A DNA stretch of 24,632 nucleotides from IMG/VR virus record IMGVR_UViG_3300048762_000128, positions 1-24,632 of that record. One strand, given 5' to 3'. The notes beneath the pieces are model-generated. The model was not told the origin of the DNA. It saw nothing but the letters and a program-made list of their open reading frames with translations, and searched no databases. A program made the translations under genes and the position numbers. Within the stretch, counting starts at the first letter, position 1. The number at the start of each line of letters is the position of its first letter. The stretch is from a virus (Duplodnaviria > Caudoviricetes). This document shows, piece by piece, positions 16,814 to 24,564 of the stretch.

Positions 16814-18008
16814 TCAAAACCGCTTTCTTGCCGGTGGCCAGTTCCCAGCGAATTCGGATCACGTCGACGTAGGCCGGCGAAAGCTCCATCATGAAGCAAC
16901 GGCGGCGCGTTTTCTCGCAGGCGATCAGGGTTGAACCGGAGCCGCCGAAGAGGTCTTGGATAATCTGTTTGGGCATCGAAGCGTATTCCAGCGCCTGCTC
17001 TATAAGGGCCACGGGCTTCGCCGTAGGATGGTCTGAGCTTACTTCCCTATCGACGCGCCACACGTCTCCAGCAACCGTCTTCTGGCCCCCGAATGGCCCA
17101 TAGTACGCAATGAACTCATGTTGTTTGTAGAATTTATCGAGGTTTTGGATGCGAACCTTCTTATCCCAAACGATACAGGATTTTGGCGGTTTCTCGGCCT
17201 CAATCATTGCCCGCTCATAGGTTGACCAGCTCTTCCAGTTGCAGCAGATAAATAACGGGCAAGTGTTTAATAACACAAGTCTTATCAGGTCAGGTATTGC
17301 GCCAAGCTCAGCATCGTTCGCTATTTTCGCGTGTTTCCCTTTCGTGTGCTGATAGCCGATACCATAAGGCGGGTCAGTAAACACCATGTCCGCCTTCTGG
17401 CCGCCCATCAGCCGCTCCACGTCCGCCAGCACGGTTGAATCTCCGCACAGCAGCCGGTGATCGCCGAGGATGTACAGGTCGCCAAGCTTAGCCACAGCCT
17501 CGACCGGAACGGCCGGAACCTCATCCTCGTCCGTTTGGAGTTCAGCATTCTGCGGCCAAAGATCCTCTAGCTCATCTGCATTCCAGAAGGGAGCCAGATC
17601 GAAGCCCTCCGCGGTAAACGCCTTCAAAACGTCCACATCCCAACTGAGCGATACCTCGTTGGCCCTGTTGTCTGTGATCGCCAGCGACCTGGTCTTCGCG
17701 TCCTTCAGGTCCAGATCTATGCGCTGAACCGCGACAAGCTGGCGTCCGTCGGTCTTGATCACCAGCACATCGTCCAGGCCTGCGGCCGCAGCGTTCTGAG
17801 CGGTCTTATTGCCGGCAATGATGGCGCCGTGCTTGTCCAAGAGGATCGAGCGGCCGGCGCCATAGTCCCGGAGGCTCTTCTCGATCATGGCGTTTCCGCG
17901 CGCGGTCCCCTTGTTGGCATTCTTCGCATCCTGGGTGAGATCACTCAACTTTTTGCGCGCGACCGCATTGCCCGGCGGCAAGTTCTTAGGTTTATGTGCC
18001 TTCGCCAT
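16806..18008 (-). CDS. ParB-like N-terminal domain + N6A/N4C DNA methyltransferase (beta class)
   Basis: N-terminal NAN..SLRDYGAGRSIL..IIAGN, then HRLLCGDS, FTDPPYG, HPTAKPV and DLFGGSGST. Confidence 0.92.
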   Translation of the reverse strand: MAKAHKPKNLPPGNAVARKKLSDLTQDAKNANKGTARGNAMIEKSLRDYGAGRSILLDKHGAIIAGNKTAQNAAAAGLDDVLVIKTDGRQLVAVQRIDLDLKDAKTRSLAITDNRANEVSLSWDVDVLKAFTAEGFDLAPFWNADELEDLWPQNAELQTDEDEVPAVPVEAVAKLGDLYILGDHRLLCGDSTVLADVERLMGGQKADMVFTDPPYGIGYQHTKGKHAKIANDAELGAIPDLIRLVLLNTCPLFICCNWKSWSTYERAMIEAEKPPKSCIVWDKKVRIQNLDKFYKQHEFIAYYGPFGGQKTVAGDVWRVDREVSSDHPTAKPVALIEQALEYASMPKQIIQDLFGGSGSTLIACEKTRRRCFMMELSPAYVDVIRIRWELATGKKAVLSV

Positions 18009-18206
18009 TCAGGCTGCCTTTGCTGGTCCGATGCGGAGATCCACATAGCGCCGCGTCGGCTCCATCACGTAGCCTACCAGCCTCGGCTCCCGCGTGTCCT
18101 CCGCAAAAACGGGAAAGACCCCCATTTCATAGAGATAGACCCGCGCCGGCGCCGGCACCTGGACTTTCGGGTTGTCCGCCACGATCCGCATGGCAAAGCG
18201 TAGCAC
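18009..18206 (-). CDS. Hypothetical protein, first ORF of the leftward operon
   Basis: Its stop abuts the MTase ATG. The start is uncertain (ATG at about 18191 is also possible). Confidence 0.45.
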   Translation of the reverse strand: MLRFAMRIVADNPKVQVPAPARVYLYEMGVFPVFAEDTREPRLVGYVMEPTRRYVDLRIGPAKAA

Positions 18207-18257
18207 GGAAAGTGTTTAGCTGAAAAGAGCAGATCTATCCGCGTTACCAAAGTAATC

Positions 18258-18286
18258 TTGACTTCTTTTCCACAATAGATTACATT
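18258..18286 (+). promoter_or_regulatory. Sigma70-like promoter for the rightward genes
   Basis: TTGACT-17 nt-TACATT in an AT-rich gap, flanked by the inverted repeat GTAATCT/AGATTAC. Confidence 0.65.
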
Positions 18287-18324
18287 TAAACCATAAGAGG
18301 CAACCAGCCTCATGGAGATTAGAA

Positions 18325-18573
18325 ATGACAAAGGCAATCAGAACCGCATCGATCAATCACAATGACCAAGATGGTGTGCGCGTAATTCTCAACCTCCGCA
18401 ACATCCACGATGGGAGCAAGTATCCCTATCGCTGGTATACAGCCGATGGTGATGACACTGAGGTTACGGGCTCAACGGTAGCGCAGGCCTGTGATGCTGC
18501 CGAACATGCCTGGGGTCGCAGGACGCGCGGGACATCATTTGATGTGTGGGGTTTCCGCGCACGCTGGTCTTAA
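18325..18573 (+). CDS. Hypothetical early protein
   Basis: SD GGAG, first gene after the promoter. Confidence 0.65.
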   Translation: MTKAIRTASINHNDQDGVRVILNLRNIHDGSKYPYRWYTADGDDTEVTGSTVAQACDAAEHAWGRRTRGTSFDVWGFRARWS

Positions 18574-18676
18574 CCTTCGCCGCGCCCTCTCCAGGGCAAG
18601 CGGAGCGTCCTGCGTGGTAGCAGGGGCCGGTACGTAACCCGGCCATCGATTCAACCGCTCTGAGGAGGCGGACATT

Positions 18677-18871
18677 ATGACAACCCTTTTCCTGATCGTT
18701 GCCCTTGTGGCCGGATATTATCTGCTGACCGTCGCCATCCGTGACATTCGCGCCGCCATATCCGCAAACCGGGCATGGAACCGACTCCAGGCGGAAATCG
18801 ACGGGCGCGCCCCGGCCATGACCCAAGAGGATATCCGCGAATTCCATCAAAATCGGTGGGAAGGGGACTGA
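18677..18871 (+). CDS. Small membrane protein
   Basis: SD GAGGAGG and an N-terminal TM segment. Confidence 0.6.
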   Translation: MTTLFLIVALVAGYYLLTVAIRDIRAAISANRAWNRLQAEIDGRAPAMTQEDIREFHQNRWEGD

Positions 18872-18873
18872 CC

Positions 18874-19080
18874 ATGACTCCCCACGCAATCGAGCGGCGG
18901 ATCTTGGGAGTGTCCGTGCTCACCGTCCACGCCTTCGAGACGGCCCTGGGCATCCTGATCTTGATTTATTGCGTCTTAGCCTTCACCAAGCTTGGGGCCG
19001 TGCTGGCGCGTCTCCTGCTGTTCTTGGTGGCCACCGTGCTGCTTTGGCAGCCCCTCGCATACCTACTGAGCCGCATCTGA
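18874..19080 (+). CDS. Small membrane protein (MTPHAIERRILG...)
   Basis: ATG just after the previous stop, with hydrophobic segments. Confidence 0.55.
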   Translation: MTPHAIERRILGVSVLTVHAFETALGILILIYCVLAFTKLGAVLARLLLFLVATVLLWQPLAYLLSRI

Positions 19081-19095
19081 GGAGGGCGGCAACCC

Positions 19096-19770
19096 ATGGG
19101 AAAATTGATGCTTCCAACGAATTCGGGGACCGGCGATTTCAAGCCCGTTTCCGCCGGCACACATATCGGGGTCTGTGACATGGTGGTGGATCTAGGCCTC
19201 CAGGAGGGCTCCGGCGCTTATCCTAAAACCAGACGCCAGGTACTTATCCGCTTTCAGCTTCCGCACGACCGCGTCGAATGGGACAAAGACGGGAAGCATT
19301 TCAACCAGCCGGCCGTGATCAGCCAGACGTACACGGCCTCGATGCACGCTAAATCCACGCTACGCCACACGCTCGAAAGTTGGCGTGGTCGCCAGTTCAC
19401 GGAAAAAGAGGCGGCGGATTTTGATGTAGCCTCGATCCTCGGGAAGCCCTGCATGGTTGTCGTGATGCAGAGCGAAAGCAACGGCAAGGTCTATGCCAAC
19501 ATATCGGGGATTGGCGGCCTTCCGGCCGGGATCAGTGCTCAGACCATCATCCCGGAAACGCTGCCGATCTTCTATTCGTCCGACGATCCAGCAACCTACC
19601 ACCAGCTCCCGGAATGGATCCGAAAGAAGGTCGACGAGCAGATCATCGAGGAGCCGAGGCCGCCGGCACCGCCGCCGCCCAGCCAGGGAGGCCCCTCTGC
19701 ATGGGATGGCGCCGATTATGATGCCATGGCCGCCACCACCCAGATTACCGACGATGATATCCCCTTTTGA
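19096..19770 (+). CDS. Phage ssDNA-binding/replication protein with an SSB-like acidic tail
   Basis: GTHIGVC..VVDLGLQ, YTASMHAKSTLR..LESWRGRQFT, FDVASILGKPC, YANI, LPEWIRKKV and a C-terminal DDDIPF. Confidence 0.75.
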   Translation: MGKLMLPTNSGTGDFKPVSAGTHIGVCDMVVDLGLQEGSGAYPKTRRQVLIRFQLPHDRVEWDKDGKHFNQPAVISQTYTASMHAKSTLRHTLESWRGRQFTEKEAADFDVASILGKPCMVVVMQSESNGKVYANISGIGGLPAGISAQTIIPETLPIFYSSDDPATYHQLPEWIRKKVDEQIIEEPRPPAPPPPSQGGPSAWDGADYDAMAATTQITDDDIPF

Positions 19771-19885
19771 CGCTTCCCGCCGGCGGTAATCCGGAGCGGG
19801 AAAACCTGGGGCTCGGACTTGCGCGCGCGCATCCGGCCCCAGGTAAAAACGTTATTACATTTTAACGTTCTAACGAGAGGATTGC

Positions 19886-20127
19886 ATGGGAACGAGAACC
19901 GAAATCGAATGGACAGATGCGACAGGAATCCGCTCCGCGGCTGTTCGCGCGTAAGCGAAGGTTGCCGGAACTGCTATGCCGAGCGCGATGCGCTCCGCTG
20001 GTCTGGGCCTGGGCAGCCATTTGAGGGCCTGGCTGTGCTTCGGGATGGCCGCGTCGGCAAGAAAGCCGCGGGCGCGCTGCTCGACGGCCGGGAATACAAA
20101 CAGTTTCCGGAGGAGGAAAACTCATGA
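19886..20127 (+). pseudogene. Gp37Gp68/DUF5131 family remnant (frameshift plus internal deletion)
   Basis: MGTRTEIEWTDAT, then a 1-nt loss, then NPLRGCSRVSEGCRNCYAE...; joined directly to the C-terminal RVGKKAAGALLDGREYKQFP. Confidence 0.8.
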
Positions 20128-20537
20128 TCCCAGATGGAACGAAAATAAAGGCGATCGCCTTATTCAGGGAAAAGAGGAGCACCCACCACATTGCAGAGGC
20201 TCTTGGGATTTCCTGGCCAACCGTCGACAAGCTACGGAAGGAATGGCTTAGCCAACCTCCCGCCGAAGAACGGCTTAACAAACCCCCAGCATCTGAGGAC
20301 TCCGCGCCGGATCCTCAAGCCCCGGAGCCCGATGCCAACCCGGAGGATCCCTGGGATATCAGCCTCAAGGTTCTGCCGGCGGACCTGAATAGAATCCTCC
20401 TGGCGGCGAGTGAGTCCGAACGGGCCACCGCGGTCGCGGTGATCCTACAAGCGCGCCTGGATGCCATCCTGAACCCACCAGCCAATGAGACTGAGGAGAA
20501 ACCCGAATGCGACCAAGAAAGCGAATCCTCTGCATAA
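20124..20537 (+). CDS. HTH-domain protein
   Basis: STHHIAEALGISWPTVDKLR, with ATGA coupling. Confidence 0.65.
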   Translation: MIPDGTKIKAIALFREKRSTHHIAEALGISWPTVDKLRKEWLSQPPAEERLNKPPASEDSAPDPQAPEPDANPEDPWDISLKVLPADLNRILLAASESERATAVAVILQARLDAILNPPANETEEKPECDQESESSA

Positions 20538-20953
20538 ACGACGATGAGCAAGAGCTTTCCGTGCTCCGGATCGTACTGGAAACGAACGGCTATCGCGTCA
20601 TTCCCGCCGCATCCGGTGAACAGGCAATTGGCCTTTTCCCCGAAAACCAAATTGATCTGGTGCTCGCCGATTATGCGATGCCGCAGATGGATGGGGACCA
20701 ACTGATTGAGCGCCTGAAACAGATGGCCCCGCATATTCCCATGATCCTCCTGGGTGTCGACCTCTGGCCCACCCACGCCGATGCCCTGCTGCTCAAAAGA
20801 GCCTGCCCAGCATCTGAGCTGCTCGATCGCATCAAAGTCATGTCCGCGCGCAGGCGCGGACCACGACAGGGATGGAAACTTGAAGCCGGGGTCCGGATTG
20901 CGCCGGCGGCCGCTCCGGGATATATTCATGGAAGTCCATCCACGCTTGCGTGA
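20507..20953 (+). CDS. Stand-alone response regulator receiver (CheY-like)
   Basis: ILCINDDEQ, DLVLADYAMPQMDG, IPMILLG, ADALLLK and a C-terminal KVMSARRRGPR. Confidence 0.9.
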   Translation: MRPRKRILCINDDEQELSVLRIVLETNGYRVIPAASGEQAIGLFPENQIDLVLADYAMPQMDGDQLIERLKQMAPHIPMILLGVDLWPTHADALLLKRACPASELLDRIKVMSARRRGPRQGWKLEAGVRIAPAAAPGYIHGSPSTLA

Positions 20954-21038
20954 GTGCGACGGGTAGCCTGGGCGACGGTCCAGGCTTGAAAATGGCGGAG
21001 GCGTCCTCAGCGTCTCCGCCGGCCTCACTGAGGAGGGG

Positions 21039-21070
21039 TTTTGCACAAACTTATCCACTTTCCCTATGAT
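21039..21070 (+). promoter_or_regulatory. Promoter-like TTGCAC-18-TATGAT overlapped by two DnaA-box-like 9-mers
   Basis: TTTTGCACA (21039-21047) and TTATCCACT (21051-21059), upstream of the initiator gene. Confidence 0.5.
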
Positions 21071-21115
21071 CCTTCGTGTTGCTATGTAGCGTTTCAGATG
21101 TTACAGTCCAAACTC

Positions 21116-22129
21116 ATGTACAACAAACTCTTCACCAAGATTCTTGATTCCTCAGTTTGGCTCGAGTCAACCCCCACCCGGATCGTCTGGATCACCCTTA
21201 TTGCCGCGATGGATGAGACCGGCTTTTGTTCATTTGCAGCCCCTGCAAACATCGCCAATAGAGCCAGGGTATCTCTGGAAGAGACCGTCGAGGCCCTTGA
21301 GCACCTCTCCTCACCAGACCCTAACTCCTTCGACCCAGACAATGAGGGCCGGCGAGTCGAGCATGTTCCTGGTGGATGGATGGTTCTCAATGCCGGGAAA
21401 TTTCGGGAAATTGTCACCCGATCCGACCAACAGCAAAAAACCCGAGAGAGAGTAAGAAGATTCCGCGAAAGGAAGCGGGCTTTGGCTGCAACACTTGTCA
21501 CCCGTGACGACGTCACCGTTACACGTGACGATATGAAACGATCTGTAACGAAGTGTAACGAAACGGTAACCCCATCAGAAGCATATACAGAAACAACAAA
21601 AGCACCCCCTTCGCGCGCGCGCGATCCCGAGCCTTCAAAGCCCGAAAAAGCCCCACCTCAAGCCGGCGCCAATGGCGAGTTCATGGCAGCGACGTGGCTC
21701 CTGGATGAGTTGGGCCTGGCCGGCGGCCCCTCTGATATCCGGATTTTGGCCCAAGTGATTCTTTATGCCGCCCGTGAGGCGCGCACGGATGCCGAGGAGG
21801 CCGCCACGTTCCTTCGGGATGTTGGCCTGGCTGCGCGGGCGCGCGGAGAGGCTGTGACCGTCTTTTGGTACAAAGATCGAAAATTCACTGAGGAGAATGG
21901 CAATGGAAAAGGTAAGCCGAGCGCAGCTAAACAACGCCTTGACGGAAATCGGAGAGCCCTTGCGGAGGCAGCTATCAAGCGAGGATGGTTCCCAGCTAAC
22001 GGCCATTCTGGACAAAGCCCAGCGGCGTTGGCCGAACCAGGACACAGCGGAATCGATGGAGGAATACCTGGAGGACATCGAGAGATTATGCCTGAAATAC
22101 TCGCTCCCGCAGGTGGCCGCCGCCCTTGA
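21116..22129 (+). CDS. Phage replication initiator / replisome organiser
   Basis: Start MYNKLFTKILDSSVWLE, winged-HTH-like region, EGRRVE..GGWMVLN, RERVRRFRERK, and a VT-repeat linker over the iterons. Confidence 0.8.
   Translation: MYNKLFTKILDSSVWLESTPTRIVWITLIAAMDETGFCSFAAPANIANRARVSLEETVEALEHLSSPDPNSFDPDNEGRRVEHVPGGWMVLNAGKFREIVTRSDQQQKTRERVRRFRERKRALAATLVTRDDVTVTRDDMKRSVTKCNETVTPSEAYTETTKAPPSRARDPEPSKPEKAPPQAGANGEFMAATWLLDELGLAGGPSDIRILAQVILYAAREARTDAEEAATFLRDVGLAARARGEAVTVFWYKDRKFTEENGNGKGKPSAAKQRLDGNRRALAEAAIKRGWFPANGHSGQSPAALAEPGHSGIDGGIPGGHREIMPEILAPAGGRRP
21497..21572. repeat. Iteron-like repeats, putative replication origin
   Basis: Clustered GTGACG/GTAACG/CGTTAC/GAAACG boxes inside the initiator gene. 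Confidence 0.6.
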
Positions 22130-22373
22130 TGAACTTCGCATAGATCCAGACCAAAACTTCTTTCCGACGCCAAATAAGATCTCCGCGCGGATAGAGGCGA
22201 TGATCAATCTGGGTGCTGCACATCTCTCATCGAAAGCCACCCAAGATTATCTGGCGATGTTCGATGAATCCATGGAGAAAACCCGCATATTCCGGGAAGC
22301 GTGGCTCGCATCCGGCCTTGCGCTCTCCGAATTTTGCGCCACGGATGAAAGGCCCGATCCATGCCAGAAGTGA
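21903..22373 (+). CDS. Helicase loader/inhibitor-like protein
   Basis: SD GAGGAG 8 nt before ATG 21903, helical protein with an FFPTP motif, following the initiator. Confidence 0.6.
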   Translation: MEKVSRAQLNNALTEIGEPLRRQLSSEDGSQLTAILDKAQRRWPNQDTAESMEEYLEDIERLCLKYSLPQVAAALDELRIDPDQNFFPTPNKISARIEAMINLGAAHLSSKATQDYLAMFDESMEKTRIFREAWLASGLALSEFCATDERPDPCQK

Positions 22374-22837
22374 ATTTTACCGTGCTCGGCAAGGTCGAGC
22401 CCCAGGGCAGCATTCGAGCCTTTGTGATTCAGGCCGACCCCAAAGCGGGCCGATCGCGGGCCTCGGCGCGCCTCACCAGCACGAACCCGAAGATGAAGCC
22501 CTGGCGCCAACAGATCGGATGGACGGCGCTGGCGGCCCGCAACGAGGCCGGATGGCGTTTGCAGCCGAAAGAAGTGCCTTTCCGGCTGGATGCCACGTTT
22601 TACATTGAGAGGCCAAAGAGCATAACGAAGAGCCGGACCTGGCCAACGGTCAAGCCGGACTATGACAAACTCACCCGCGCCGCCACGGATGCCCTCACCG
22701 GGGTTTTGTGGACAGACGACGCGCAGGTGGTGCAAGCTACTATCCAGAAGCGATATGGGAGCCCCGCCAGGGCGGTCTTTACCGTGCGGACGCTCCCGCC
22801 GGCCACTGAGGAGGCCAACCATGGAAAAGCCCGCTAA
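22361..22837 (+). CDS. rusA: RusA-family Holliday junction resolvase
   Basis: FTVLGKVEPQGS, KPDYDKLTRAATDALTGVLWTDDAQVV and KRYG. Confidence 0.92.
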   Translation: MPEVNFTVLGKVEPQGSIRAFVIQADPKAGRSRASARLTSTNPKMKPWRQQIGWTALAARNEAGWRLQPKEVPFRLDATFYIERPKSITKSRTWPTVKPDYDKLTRAATDALTGVLWTDDAQVVQATIQKRYGSPARAVFTVRTLPPATEEANHGKAR

Positions 22838-23312
22838 AATCTGCCCAACCTGCCACCAGATGATCCAGCCAAAGAGCAACGGCCGCATTTGCTGGGATTG
22901 CAAGGAACCCATTCGCCGGAATGAACGCTGGCATATCGGCCGGGACAGCCGGGTTTATCACAATTCTTGTTCCGGGACGATTCCATCGTCTGAGGCCCTG
23001 ATCAGGGTTATGGATGGCATTGCGGCCGGCGTGAAGCCCATGCTGGCCCTGCCGGCGCTCACCATCCGCGAAGTCGATCCGGCGCCGGTGCCACCCAAAA
23101 TGGCGTCTGGGGTTTCCGTATCGCGAATTCCGCCATCGGCAAAGATGGCCAAGGCGCGCGCGGCCGCGGCATCGGGTAGACCCAAGAACGTGACCCTGGC
23201 GGAGATCCGGTCAATGGCCACCGCGGCATACAGAGTCAGCACGGATGGCCTTTACAAGTTTGAAGATGGCCCGGCGGACACCGAAAACCCCGCAGATCAC
23301 CAGCTAGCTTAA
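22821..23312 (+). CDS. Zn-finger protein
   Basis: SD GAGGAGG then ATG 22821; CPTC, CWDC and H..C. Confidence 0.6.
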   Translation: MEKPAKICPTCHQMIQPKSNGRICWDCKEPIRRNERWHIGRDSRVYHNSCSGTIPSSEALIRVMDGIAAGVKPMLALPALTIREVDPAPVPPKMASGVSVSRIPPSAKMAKARAAAASGRPKNVTLAEIRSMATAAYRVSTDGLYKFEDGPADTENPADHQLA

Positions 23313-23348
23313 TTCCGATTTCCAACCGCAGTCAACGAAAGGGAGCAC

Positions 23349-24104
23349 ATGGAAAACCAATCTGGATTCTTTCGGGGCGCCAGCCGTCTGATCACCCTGG
23401 GCAGCCCCACGCTTCAAGTCTCTAACCGCCGCATCTGCATCCCGATCAAGATGCCCCTCAACGGCGAAGATTCAACGGATATGCCCGACTGGCTGTGCAG
23501 CGCGTATGCCGCCGTCTCCAAAAGCTTTACGGAGGTGAGCCCCAACATCCTGCAACTGACCGATCTTACCCTTGCCTTCAAGGCAGAGAAGCAAGACGGG
23601 AAGCTGTTCGAGTCACCCAATGCAAAGGTGTCTTCCGCGGAGATCCGCAAATTCAAGGTGATGCGCGTTGGGAGCCGGGATGATCCCCAGGTCGAGCTCC
23701 ACTTCAAGGTTTACATTGCTTTCAATCGAAAGTTCTGGGCCTGGATCGGCGAAATGGCCGGCGAAGAGGTACATATGGCATTCCCGTCAAACCTCGGGGA
23801 AGTGAGAACCGAGGAGCCAGAATCCGAGCCGCTCCCGTTCATCATGCCGGAAAAGGCCCAGGAGGCTGCCCTGGCGGCCGCTGGTGAGGAGGAGGCTCTG
23901 GACTTCCCGGCCAGCCACGCCGATGCGCCACGGCCAAGCACAGGCCCGGCGTCGAGGCGAAGAAAGAGCGGGCCAAAGGAATTGGGGGGGAAACACGAGA
24001 AAGCGGCCAAAGAGGAGACAAAACTGGCCATGCATCACGGCAAGGGTGGCAGGCCTCCGAATCCCGGTGGCCTCGGTCCGGCGCGAAACTTCGCCTTGAA
24101 TTGA
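23349..24104 (+). CDS. Hypothetical protein (251 aa)
   Basis: SD GGGAG, globular N-terminal half and a disordered basic tail. Confidence 0.7.
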   Translation: MENQSGFFRGASRLITLGSPTLQVSNRRICIPIKMPLNGEDSTDMPDWLCSAYAAVSKSFTEVSPNILQLTDLTLAFKAEKQDGKLFESPNAKVSSAEIRKFKVMRVGSRDDPQVELHFKVYIAFNRKFWAWIGEMAGEEVHMAFPSNLGEVRTEEPESEPLPFIMPEKAQEAALAAAGEEEALDFPASHADAPRPSTGPASRRRKSGPKELGGKHEKAAKEETKLAMHHGKGGRPPNPGGLGPARNFALN

Positions 24105-24267
24105 ACTAAAAGCTTGGGTGCCTTGATGGCCCAGGGGAAAGCTGAACCCGCGGAAACCTGAACCTGCAACGAGGGGCGCTAGGGACTTTCTTGAACAAAA
24201 GACTCCGGCGCCCAGATCATTCATCCAAAATTCCGGCCACGGAGTTGTGGCAGACTGAGGAAACATC

Positions 24268-24564
24268 ATGGCCCCATCCAAGGGGAAGTATGTAATCTGC
24301 CGCACCTACTCTGCTGGAGTATTTGCGGGCAACCTGAAAACACGCGATGGCAAAGAGGCTACGCTCACCGACGCGCGCCGGATCTGGTACTGGTCTGGCG
24401 CTGCATCCCTCTCGCAACTTGCAGTTTCCGGAACCTCCAAGCCAAACGATTGTAAATTTCCGGTGGCCGTCCCGTCGGTCACACTAACAGAAGTGATTGA
24501 AATTCTTGATGTAACTCCGGAAGCGGAGATCTCGATCAAAGCTGTTCCGGTATGGAAAAGCTAA
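24268..24564 (+). CDS. DUF6948-like phage protein
   Basis: GKYVICRTYSAGVFAG, L.DARRIWYW.GAASLSQLA..G, EVIEI and I..VPVWK, recognised from memory. Confidence 0.75.
   Translation: MAPSKGKYVICRTYSAGVFAGNLKTRDGKEATLTDARRIWYWSGAASLSQLAVSGTSKPNDCKFPVAVPSVTLTEVIEILDVTPEAEISIKAVPVWKS

Noticed and set aside
16806-18008. Methyltransferase as part of a restriction-modification system
   Set aside because: There is no cognate endonuclease, and orphan ParB-MTases beside terS are common in phages.
18625-18644. tRNA T-arm-like hairpin
   Set aside because: It lacks TTCGA and no cloverleaf or acceptor stem could be built, so it is not called a tRNA.
18658-18668. CTGAGGA resembling a hammerhead ribozyme core
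   Set aside because: No matching GAAA or stem arrangement, and CTGAGGAG recurs as an SD context (for example near 19077, 21887 and 22807).
20315-22912. Minus-strand ORFs 20315..21058, 21635..22240 and 22247..22912
   Set aside because: They are antisense to well-supported receiver, initiator and RusA genes and show no recognisable motifs.
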